Part shown: positions 29,890-38,369 of the stretch, one piece after another
Numbering within the stretch: position 1 is the first letter of the stretch
Layout of the letters: every line of letters starts with the position of its first letter
Origin: an uncultured virus (IMG/VR IMGVR_UViG_3300033562_000771)
Lineage: Duplodnaviria; Heunggongvirae; Uroviricota; Caudoviricetes
Length of the DNA stretch: 64,000 nt
Virus record (IMG/VR): IMGVR_UViG_3300033562_000771
Coordinates: 1-64,000 of that record
Strand: one strand, 5' to 3'
Notes under the pieces: model-generated
What the model was told of the DNA's origin: nothing
Database searches by the model: none
The model's input: the letters and a program-made list of their open reading frames with translations, nothing else
Translations under genes and position numbers: made by a program

Positions 29890-30066
29890 TAGCTACCTCC
29901 CTAGGCACCATAATAGGGTAAGGGTGTCGTGGTGATGGGGTAATGTTCAAGTAAGTGTAAGAAATATAGAGGGGATTTCCCCAATAGTTTACCTGCGCGG
30001 AAGGCATCCTCTGGAGTGATCCGAATTGGCACAGTGGTCTGGTAGATATATGCAGCTATCATGGCC

Positions 30067-30363
30067 TCACTCGGGGGATTGCTTCTTCTTAATGCTGAAT
30101 TTAAGTGTAGTCAAGTCATAGCCCCTCGCTTCTAGTTCCTCCAGGAAGCTGGGATCATGGACGGTATGCCCAAGCCCCCAATCCATGCGCTCTCGCTTGC
30201 ACCCAAACACAGAAGCTAGAAGGTGCCCGTCTGGTCTTGCACACCCATCCCCCCGATGGTATATGATGGTGGGCTCAGGTTCATATTTCATCACGCCCCA
30301 ATAGACCTCCAGGACGCCGGGTTTAAATGGGTGGGGTCTATATCGTTTCGTAGTCATGGTCAT
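30067..30363 (-). CDS. Phage hypothetical protein
   Basis: S...ELE.RGYD.TTLKFSI.KK motif. Confidence 0.6.
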   Translation of the reverse strand: MTMTTKRYRPHPFKPGVLEVYWGVMKYEPEPTIIYHRGDGCARPDGHLLASVFGCKRERMDWGLGHTVHDPSFLEELEARGYDLTTLKFSIKKKQSPE

Positions 30364-30695
30364 CCTTGATACGGATAATTAGGATCGAAAGATCCGTAAG
30401 CCCAATAGCCCACCACCTTCCCTCCGCGTCCTCGGTATTCGATTTCAGAGACAACGTGATCAGCTACGTGGGCTGTGATGTGTTCCGTGATCGTCCCGAA
30501 CAGAATCCATTGCCAGATGCGTTTCATTATAAGTCCCTACTATGGGTATTTATTCACTAAATGTCGGGGTTTCAAGTTTGGTGAGGAGCGCTTCAACAGC
30601 AGCCCAATCTCGCAAAATGTATGCATCACGCAATTCTTTAGCCCATTTAACACGGACGCTCTCTGAGTAACTTGCATAACTAGAACTTGAGATAC

Positions 30696-31364
30696 TCACA
30701 GTTCCCCCTCTGGTTGATGGATAATATCGAATATTCTTCGGACTGAATCAACAGCCGAATCCATTGATGTATTGAATATTTTGCGAATGTCTTCTAGTTC
30801 TGGTTTCACCACTTGAGGGTATTGGAGAAGGACCAATCTAACAGTATACCTACAACAATCTACAGTGAAGATGGCCCATTCACTGGATTTGAAGTCTTCA
30901 ATGACCACTTCAGTCCAATCCTCTTTATCTGTATTTTCTTGAAGATGGCAGCTTCTATCTGTTGCACTGATAGAAAACCCCAATTGACCTTCGCTGCCTG
31001 AAAAAGTCGAGTCTATAAAACACCACTTGGTATGCATATCAATTTCTACGGCAATGAACCCAGCCCCTTGGCGGATAATATCAACATTATTCGTATTGAC
31101 TATAGGGGCTCCCTGTCTAATTATACCAATATTAAACTTTTGGATGGGTGTGTATGCTTGCAGTTCCATGAGTTTTCTACGAATTGATTCATTTTTATTA
31201 TGTGTTTTCTGCATAATTTCAACTAGTTCATCATGCCTCTTAATGGCTGCGTCCTTCTCCCTAATCAGGGCGACTACTTTAGGGCCACAGGTGCAGCGAT
31301 CTTGGGGGAGATCTACCCCTGGAGAATCAATGTTGCCTAGGCAAACTGGACAGATTACACTCAT
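30696..31364 (-). CDS. Hypothetical protein
   Basis: ORF with an N-terminal Cys cluster and coiled coil; GGAG RBS. Confidence 0.55.
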   Translation of the reverse strand: MSVICPVCLGNIDSPGVDLPQDRCTCGPKVVALIREKDAAIKRHDELVEIMQKTHNKNESIRRKLMELQAYTPIQKFNIGIIRQGAPIVNTNNVDIIRQGAGFIAVEIDMHTKWCFIDSTFSGSEGQLGFSISATDRSCHLQENTDKEDWTEVVIEDFKSSEWAIFTVDCCRYTVRLVLLQYPQVVKPELEDIRKIFNTSMDSAVDSVRRIFDIIHQPEGEL

Positions 31365-31846
31365 GAGAACTCCAAACTTATGAAAATGGTGGGGACTCTG
31401 GCTTTTGCCCAGAAACGTTCGGCGGTCTGTTCCCGCCCGTCACACCCCCCGCTCAATCTGTTCGACCCCGGCTCTGCGGCTATGGATGACATGCGGTTCG
31501 TCACCGGGTAGATATTATAAATTTAGGACTTAAGGTATTAGCTTGTAGATTTGAGCCGAAAGTGGTGAAGGTAGCGCACAATTTCGCTGAATAGTAAGAA
31601 GCAAAGACTCCAACTTAGCGTTGTGAGCGATGAGTTCCTGGTTATTGGTTTCAAGTTGGGAGATCAGGTTGATTGCGGTTTGTGTCCCAGCCGCCTCAAG
31701 TTCTGCAATACGGAGGTGGAGGCTATCCAACCCACAGGTGCAGGGTGGACCATCTTCATCAGTAGAAAAACAATCAGGATGATGCTTCATGGAATCTCCA
31801 AAACTGTGGACACCCAAGATACGTTGGGTTTAATGGAAAAATCTAA

Positions 31847-32518
31847 CTATTCTTCCCGTAACTCGGACTCCCCATAGATATGCAGGCCTGAATTGACGTC
31901 GAGAGGGCTGGCATCTGGCGTTCCCGTATTATGGCCCCACGAAGCACAGAACTGACGGAGATACTCATGATGTATAAGCTTGGGCTGACCCTTAATCTCA
32001 ACACCTGTATACACAGCAAATGCAAGCTGAGTTTGGCGACTAAACGGTAGAATAAGCTTGTCTAGATGTGCTGTAGGTAGTCCTCCAAACTGAGCTAGGG
32101 CATAAATTTTATCCGGAACCAGAGACCCCCATGATGGGCTAACTAAAGATAGGCGCTCTTTTTGAAGATCCACTAGTCTAGACAAAGATGGGTTATAGTC
32201 CTTAGTTTTCAAATCGGCGTAGGCACCCAGAATAGACTGAACCGGGGTCCATTTAAAAACTTTAAGTTTCTTATACGTTTTGGGATGGGCGGCTTGCTGA
32301 AGAAGATAATACATAAGATCCCTCTTCTTCGTGTCTGGATTTAAGTTGGCTAACACTAATGCAGAGAAGGTTGCCGCTGATAAGAGGTTTATAGGGAGGG
32401 GTTTTTTACCCCCAGAACAGTATTCATGAAAGGCTCGTAAAATGTCCTGATTCATTTGGTGGCCAGAACGCTTTAAAATGTCGGAAGTCCATAGGTTTTG
32501 TGGCATGAGTTGCTCCAT
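31847..32518 (-). CDS. Hypothetical protein
   Basis: 223-aa ORF; preceded by the CTTTTAGT motif. Confidence 0.55.
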   Translation of the reverse strand: MEQLMPQNLWTSDILKRSGHQMNQDILRAFHEYCSGGKKPLPINLLSAATFSALVLANLNPDTKKRDLMYYLLQQAAHPKTYKKLKVFKWTPVQSILGAYADLKTKDYNPSLSRLVDLQKERLSLVSPSWGSLVPDKIYALAQFGGLPTAHLDKLILPFSRQTQLAFAVYTGVEIKGQPKLIHHEYLRQFCASWGHNTGTPDASPLDVNSGLHIYGESELREE

Positions 32519-32682
32519 AATATGGCCTGGGAGTGTGCAAGTCTAATCAGAAGTCCTACACTACTAAAAGAGAGTATTAATCAGAGGTCTACCTTAAGTC
32601 AGTTCACCTATAGAAAAAATCCTAGGTCGGCTCAATTAAGAACGTCCCTAGGATTAGGTGAAGCTATACAATAGATCTAGCC

Positions 32683-34533
32683 TTAAAAGGCACCTAAACT
32701 ATTGTAAACAGATGTAAAAACAGTCGTTACATGGTCAGTATTATGTAGGGTTGCTGAGAGTTCTTCGAGACCACTGGGGTAGGGGATTTCATAGTCAATT
32801 AGAACGGGGGGCAGCTCAGTCTTGTCAGAACCCAAATGAATAAATGCAGTGTTTAGCGCAATCAGGCTTACTTTGAGAGTATTGGATGTGGTTAGAATAG
32901 CCTTAAAAGTAGTAACTAACGCGGGATCTATTATGACTCCTAGCTCTGACTGAGGTAGCTGCAAAGGGAAGTAGGTAGCTTCCAACTTAGCCAAGGCAGG
33001 TTCGGGGGCTGATATTTTCAATAAAGAATACCCCAATTTAACATCAGGGTGAGGGGCCTGATATATCTGAGATGAGGTAGCAACTAAGAGCCCCTGGACC
33101 GATACTGGGTTGGGGGTGGGGGGAACATTCTGACTAACAATGTAGGACCCGGTGGGGTCTAGTCTGTTCAAAGGACCTGACGTAGTGAATGGGGGGGTTG
33201 CTAACAACCTTAGGTTAGTGTTTCCGGGGGTGGGTTTCACAACCTCCGGGGCATTATATACAATTCTATCATCCCACCTAGGGGTATCTAAGGCCACGGG
33301 TTGGATATTAATAGAAGAAGCCCACGAAGGAGTTTCTTCTAGACTAGCAAACCTAAAGAACTCAGTTGTAATTAGGCTGAGAGTCTCTGAAGAAGCTTCT
33401 AGGGGATACTGAGTATTTGTAAGAACATGGACCCCAATAATAGACGTATTGGTTGAGGGGTCGAGAGGGTCACCATCCGACCAAACAACAGGCAACACCC
33501 CCAGTGCAGGAGGCCCCCCGAAACCTTCCCAGGTGCTACCCCCATCAGATCCACTTCCGTTAAACTTCCACAAGCCAGATTGCGAGGTTAGAAACACGCC
33601 ACTGGGGGTTACAGATATATCTGACCACTCTAGATCAGAATAATTGGCGCATCCATAATAGTGAGGGGTGTCTAAAAGGTCATATTTTATTAATTCTGGG
33701 AGTCCACTTGTAATGCCTAAAAGCCATATAGTTGTTGGGTTCCCAATTACTACTGCTTTTGAAATATCAACATCACTCTCTAATCCGTTAATGACCTCAT
33801 TGACACCTAGGAGAGAACCTTGGGATGGGAGCCACACGGACGCACCATAAAGCTCTTTGCATACAAGCAAAGGCCTCCCGTTTAATAGCGAGGAAGCTAA
33901 AATATCCCTGGAGTACCCTGGTGTCCCCCCTGCAAACTGAGTAAAACTAACAGATGCTAAAGAGCTATTGGTAACATCAGGGATGGGGCATACAAACGAC
34001 AGGATATCGGATTCAAGTCGAGCATTTACAAGGAGTTTATTCTCTGCCAAGGTTATTTGGAAACTCAATGCGTCTGCGACCACCGAAGGCAACATAGACC
34101 ATGTTAGGAGTGATGGGTCCATAGGAGCATATGATCCCAGAGCTAATAGCTTCGTGATAGGATGCAAGCTAATAAAATGGAAACATGTTTGACTAGTCAC
34201 AAAATTGCTCAGGGGGACTATGGTATTAGGTAGGATCCCTAGAATAGATGAAGGGTGTGTTGAAGCTGGGGATAGGGGGAGGCCCTCTGGGGATACGAAC
34301 CCATCTGCCTCGATACTTAAGGACATGGGCATACCGCAAATTTCAGTGGTAAGAGGGTAGCTACACACACCCAATCCAGGGCCTTCATCCCAGACAACCG
34401 ACACAGATGGCCCACCGCCTATTTTTAGAGACAGATCCACCTCAAAGGATGGTGCCCCCATCAAGGTCCCGTTAGTCTCACGAGTAGTGACCCAAAGAGG
34501 GGTTGAATGAGTTGATCCAAATGTGTGTGTCAT
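32683..34533 (-). CDS. Probable virion structural protein
   Basis: 616-aa Ser/Thr/Pro-rich, beta-rich ORF in the structural module. Confidence 0.5.
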   Translation of the reverse strand: MTHTFGSTHSTPLWVTTRETNGTLMGAPSFEVDLSLKIGGGPSVSVVWDEGPGLGVCSYPLTTEICGMPMSLSIEADGFVSPEGLPLSPASTHPSSILGILPNTIVPLSNFVTSQTCFHFISLHPITKLLALGSYAPMDPSLLTWSMLPSVVADALSFQITLAENKLLVNARLESDILSFVCPIPDVTNSSLASVSFTQFAGGTPGYSRDILASSLLNGRPLLVCKELYGASVWLPSQGSLLGVNEVINGLESDVDISKAVVIGNPTTIWLLGITSGLPELIKYDLLDTPHYYGCANYSDLEWSDISVTPSGVFLTSQSGLWKFNGSGSDGGSTWEGFGGPPALGVLPVVWSDGDPLDPSTNTSIIGVHVLTNTQYPLEASSETLSLITTEFFRFASLEETPSWASSINIQPVALDTPRWDDRIVYNAPEVVKPTPGNTNLRLLATPPFTTSGPLNRLDPTGSYIVSQNVPPTPNPVSVQGLLVATSSQIYQAPHPDVKLGYSLLKISAPEPALAKLEATYFPLQLPQSELGVIIDPALVTTFKAILTTSNTLKVSLIALNTAFIHLGSDKTELPPVLIDYEIPYPSGLEELSATLHNTDHVTTVFTSVYNSLGAF

Positions 34534-35358
34534 TTAAGGCTCTACATTTACGTAAGTAACAATAGCATCAGAGATACCCGTAGCAATATTGGTTACCATT
34601 AAGGTAACCGGGACAACCATACTAACGGTAGAGGTAAACGTGGTCACAACCTGGATACCCGATAACACTGGATTATCAGGTATATACCAAGTGAACCTGT
34701 GCGTAGTTGTGGCTTGAAGCCCCTGGTCTGCACTCAACATTACGGGGCTCCCAGATAAAACCTGGGTCCCAGGAGTCGGGTAAAGAATTGCTGCCTTAGC
34801 ATGTGTTTTATGGAACTGATTTAGGTCAACTATTTCTAACTCAGAGAACGGAATCGATGGGGGTACATGAACCTGCAGCGCTGGTATATACGCAGGGGCA
34901 ATCTCTGGGACGGTTAGATCCGAGAACTCAGCTACTAATGATGGTGGGGCTAAGTTTGGGCAGGCCAGAGATATCGTGTATGGAACGCCTCGTCTAACAC
35001 TATTTACAAAGTAGGTACGAATAGATGGCCAGATAGACACAAGCCAGTTAAATAAATTTTGACTTGTTAGATTTGTGGTGCGACCTTGTTGTCCTAGAGT
35101 GGCCAAATGCGTTTGAGTTAACGCGGCCATGGTAGCTCTATAATCTCCAAGGAGGGCTACCTCCGCCCTAGTCCACCCATACTTGCGTCTCGCTTCTATT
35201 TCAGAAGCTGTCTCAGACGGGAGTTCCTTAAAAAACTCACCAGTTTTTACGGAATGCATGAGTCCAATGGATATGGTTGCATTAAGCCCAGTGCTACTAA
35301 ACGTAGCAATTGTAAAGCTCAACCCACCAGGATGTGCGTTGGTTAAAATTAAATCCAT
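34534..35358 (-). CDS. Probable virion protein with a C-terminal PKD/Ig-like domain
   Basis: YPTPG....G.PV.L.A......FTW......G......F......VTL.VTN. Confidence 0.5.
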   Translation of the reverse strand: MDLILTNAHPGGLSFTIATFSSTGLNATISIGLMHSVKTGEFFKELPSETASEIEARRKYGWTRAEVALLGDYRATMAALTQTHLATLGQQGRTTNLTSQNLFNWLVSIWPSIRTYFVNSVRRGVPYTISLACPNLAPPSLVAEFSDLTVPEIAPAYIPALQVHVPPSIPFSELEIVDLNQFHKTHAKAAILYPTPGTQVLSGSPVMLSADQGLQATTTHRFTWYIPDNPVLSGIQVVTTFTSTVSMVVPVTLMVTNIATGISDAIVTYVNVEP

Positions 35359-35957
35359 CAGTAGATCCCTAGTTTAAGCCGAGCTTTACTATATGCGGTA
35401 ATGGCCTGAGCATCCTCAAGGGCACAAACATCAGACCCATACACCCAAACAGCGGGGGCTAGATCTCCCTTTGACCCATCTCCAAGAGCCTTCGTAGGGG
35501 TCTGCCCTGCAAGATCAACCGCATACAAGAAGTAGTATGTATCTGAAGATTTTGTCCCTCGACATTTCCCTAAAAATTCGAACTTATCTGGAGCTATGGT
35601 ATACCCAGCCTCCTCTTTTAGTTCTCTAACAGCATCCTCAAGGGGTTCTCCGTTTTCTACGCCACCTGTGATAGCACTTCTGGTTGGTTTATCACCCCCC
35701 CAACAAGGGGTAACTTCGTCTCGTAAAAGAAACTCCCATGCGTCCTTCCCAACTCTACGGTATGGAAGCACTACTACAATACTCCCATTACACCTAATTT
35801 CGTGGCTATACACATACCCATCAACTTCTTTGAGTTGCAACCACTCCGTATCAAACAAAACTCGTGAGGAATCCCTATCCGCAAAATGGCGGAGGGCAGT
35901 TTTATGCTGAGAGGGGGTCATAACTCGCATGGGTGGAACCTTACCAAAAGGTTGCAA
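35358..35957 (-). CDS. Nudix hydrolase
   Basis: Nudix box GGVENGE.PLEDAVRELKEEAG. Confidence 0.88.
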   Translation of the reverse strand: MQPFGKVPPMRVMTPSQHKTALRHFADRDSSRVLFDTEWLQLKEVDGYVYSHEIRCNGSIVVVLPYRRVGKDAWEFLLRDEVTPCWGGDKPTRSAITGGVENGEPLEDAVRELKEEAGYTIAPDKFEFLGKCRGTKSSDTYYFLYAVDLAGQTPTKALGDGSKGDLAPAVWVYGSDVCALEDAQAITAYSKARLKLGIY

Positions 35958-35972
35958 ACTAGATACATGAAG

Positions 35973-38273
35973 CTATGCTTCGGAGTCTTTTTTATCGTCG
36001 GATTTTTCGTCATGAATACCAGGAATAACAATCTCATCAATGAACTCTCTCACACTGCTTTTCTGGCTCTTGGGAAGCTTCATATCAGTCATTATCTCCG
36101 TGGTCACCTTGGTATTTTCTTTATTCCCAATGTAGTCTTCACAGATTTCCTTAGCCTTAAGTAGAACATTGTTAACAGAATCCTTATTTAGGTCAAGCTC
36201 GTCAGCAATATCCCGAATACTTTTGCCTTCAACTGTCTTATCTAAGATATCTCCAATTTCTTCTCCAGATAGCTTGGCCCCAAAGAATTCAGTGCATTTG
36301 GTCTCGGAAAAGCGAGTTTTACAGGTTGAACAGTAAATCATATGTCTATCTGAATTGACTCCATAGGCAAACTCCTGCGAGAGATTACCATGGTCAACCT
36401 TTTCAAAGTCAGCACAATCTGGGTTTGGACAAAAAAGTTGGGACATATCCGTAGCTACCTTACGCTTAAAATGAGCAGTGAGGATTCTGGATGCCACATT
36501 CATCTTAGGTTTTAACGATACCTCAGTGCAAATTTGCATGATCTCAGCCCCGGATTTTATTGACATTGCATCTTCTTTCTTAAATTTCCAAGCCCTTGTA
36601 GGCATAACGGTCCCTGAATGGCTTACGTGGGCACCCCAGGCTAGCATTGCTTGAGTGATTGAATCTGGCAAGACTTTTTGTAGTTTCTTACCGGATCTCG
36701 CCCATTCAGCATATTCACCATGCCTCACTCGTTTGATTTGCCCATCCGTCAACTTATTCTTGGCTAGGGCGAGTAGTTCAAGACGAATCGACTCATTAAC
36801 TGGGTTATTAATGGGTTCCCTACCCATTTCATCCACACGATCTTTAAGATTATCCAACTCACTCCCAGACCTTGGTTGGGACCCATTTTCAATATTAGCT
36901 AATCTTTTCAATGCATCTGAATATGTCCAAGCAACCCAAAGGGTTCTCCCAATATAATCCTCATCTGGCTGGACATCCCCGGCAAGATCCTTCCCCGACA
37001 CTTCAAATATGAACCCATGGGGGTCTTTGTTAGCCACAAAATTAGTAATGCTTGAGGACCCGAATATATCCCCACCTAGAGCATAGATAGCTGCATACCC
37101 AAGACTTGGCGTAATGTAGACCCTACCCTTAGGAGGGGCCATCCACCCGCGTCCACGATACTCTGGGTTCACAACATCCCTGGGTTGGATACCATTTTGA
37201 ATGATGCTCTGAGCGGAAGATTCTGAGTCAGTCCCATGAAAAAAAATAGTTGAGGCGTGGGACTCGGTTAATTTAAATGCTTTTTTATGCGAAGACATTT
37301 CTTTTGCCTTATTGAGTTCTTCCCAAGCCAGGGCTATCAACTTTGGGTCTGCATTGGTTAATACATTTAAGACAGCCTCTTTTTCGGGTAAGTAGACCCT
37401 GGCTGCAAACTTCGGGTCATTCGTAGCTATGTCTCGAACATTATGGATTAAATCTGCTAGTTTAATATTTTGACCATCTGGAGATGCCTGAGCAGCATGG
37501 TCTTTATTAATAGACATCCTAACGGCACGGTTCCCATCCTCAGGTTTTGCCACATCCGTAAGCATGGCAACTAACCCGGCAATCTCATCCCCGAATTCCT
37601 GCTTAATGTCTTCCAAAGTAACCGCTGTATCCTCAACGGTATCATGTAGATAGGCAGCAGCCAATACATTAGGAGAGAGCACCCCATTTTCCTGAAGAAT
37701 CTTTACAACCCCCTCAGGATGTATAATATAGGGTTCATTCGTATATTTCCGTAGTTGTCCAGCATTTTCATGAGCTTTTGCTGCGAATTCCCTCGCCTTT
37801 GATAGAATCGTGGAGGCTTGATGCCCTGGGGGTAATTTTACCATCAAGGAAGGTTCTCCATCCTCAAGCTCCTCGCTATGTTGGAACCCCATTTGGTCAT
37901 ATAATTCATGGTCAGCCGTTTGCGCGGACACCGTGAGAGTCTTTTGGTGGTTGAGGGTCCTGATCAAAGACCGGGCCGTAGCATCCCCAGAAACTACCCC
38001 CAAGCTTTTTATTTCTTGCTCATCTTTGGCATCAACATATGTTAACGCACCAAGAAGTTTACCCCCAGAATCCTTAGCTAAAACAAGCATCCTAGCTGGA
38101 GCACCGGATACGAAATCCTGTAGGGTAGCCTTTAGAGCCCCTACCTGAGGGTGTAGGGACGTATGCTCAATTTGGTCTAAAAGTTTCCTAACCAAATCTA
38201 GGTTGGGTCTTGTGCGATCATAAACCTTAGTAGATGCCGCAGTATGTCTAAAAAGCCCAGCGGAATATATCAA
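35973..38273 (-). CDS. Multidomain polyprotein: GNAT-like, HD (Mesh1/SpoT-type) hydrolase, ART-like, and IS1 InsA-like zinc-ribbon/HTH domains
   Basis: HD: AH..Q.RK...PYI.HP, AAYLHDTVEDT, IKLAD..HN. ART-like: FFHGT...I...GI...VYIT...A..YA. InsA-like: CPNPDC...C..C...FSE...G.SIR.IA..L. GNAT-like: Y.QMGF. Confidence 0.8.
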   Translation of the reverse strand: MIYSAGLFRHTAASTKVYDRTRPNLDLVRKLLDQIEHTSLHPQVGALKATLQDFVSGAPARMLVLAKDSGGKLLGALTYVDAKDEQEIKSLGVVSGDATARSLIRTLNHQKTLTVSAQTADHELYDQMGFQHSEELEDGEPSLMVKLPPGHQASTILSKAREFAAKAHENAGQLRKYTNEPYIIHPEGVVKILQENGVLSPNVLAAAYLHDTVEDTAVTLEDIKQEFGDEIAGLVAMLTDVAKPEDGNRAVRMSINKDHAAQASPDGQNIKLADLIHNVRDIATNDPKFAARVYLPEKEAVLNVLTNADPKLIALAWEELNKAKEMSSHKKAFKLTESHASTIFFHGTDSESSAQSIIQNGIQPRDVVNPEYRGRGWMAPPKGRVYITPSLGYAAIYALGGDIFGSSSITNFVANKDPHGFIFEVSGKDLAGDVQPDEDYIGRTLWVAWTYSDALKRLANIENGSQPRSGSELDNLKDRVDEMGREPINNPVNESIRLELLALAKNKLTDGQIKRVRHGEYAEWARSGKKLQKVLPDSITQAMLAWGAHVSHSGTVMPTRAWKFKKEDAMSIKSGAEIMQICTEVSLKPKMNVASRILTAHFKRKVATDMSQLFCPNPDCADFEKVDHGNLSQEFAYGVNSDRHMIYCSTCKTRFSETKCTEFFGAKLSGEEIGDILDKTVEGKSIRDIADELDLNKDSVNNVLLKAKEICEDYIGNKENTKVTTEIMTDMKLPKSQKSSVREFIDEIVIPGIHDEKSDDKKDSEA

Positions 38274-38369
38274 AACGAATCCTCAGCTAAGAACTACATC
38301 TCACCAAAAGGAATACAACCATGTTTTCTGGTATGAACTGCGTGTATCTACGTTATTATGCGGTTTACA

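Noticed and set aside
31387..31470. Canonical tRNA or tmRNA gene
   Set aside because: No TTC T-loop, U33, D-arm or G3-U70 pair; kept only as a tRNA-like candidate
36130..36450. IS1 insertion sequence
   Set aside because: Only an InsA-like domain, fused in frame; no DDE transposase or terminal inverted repeats seen
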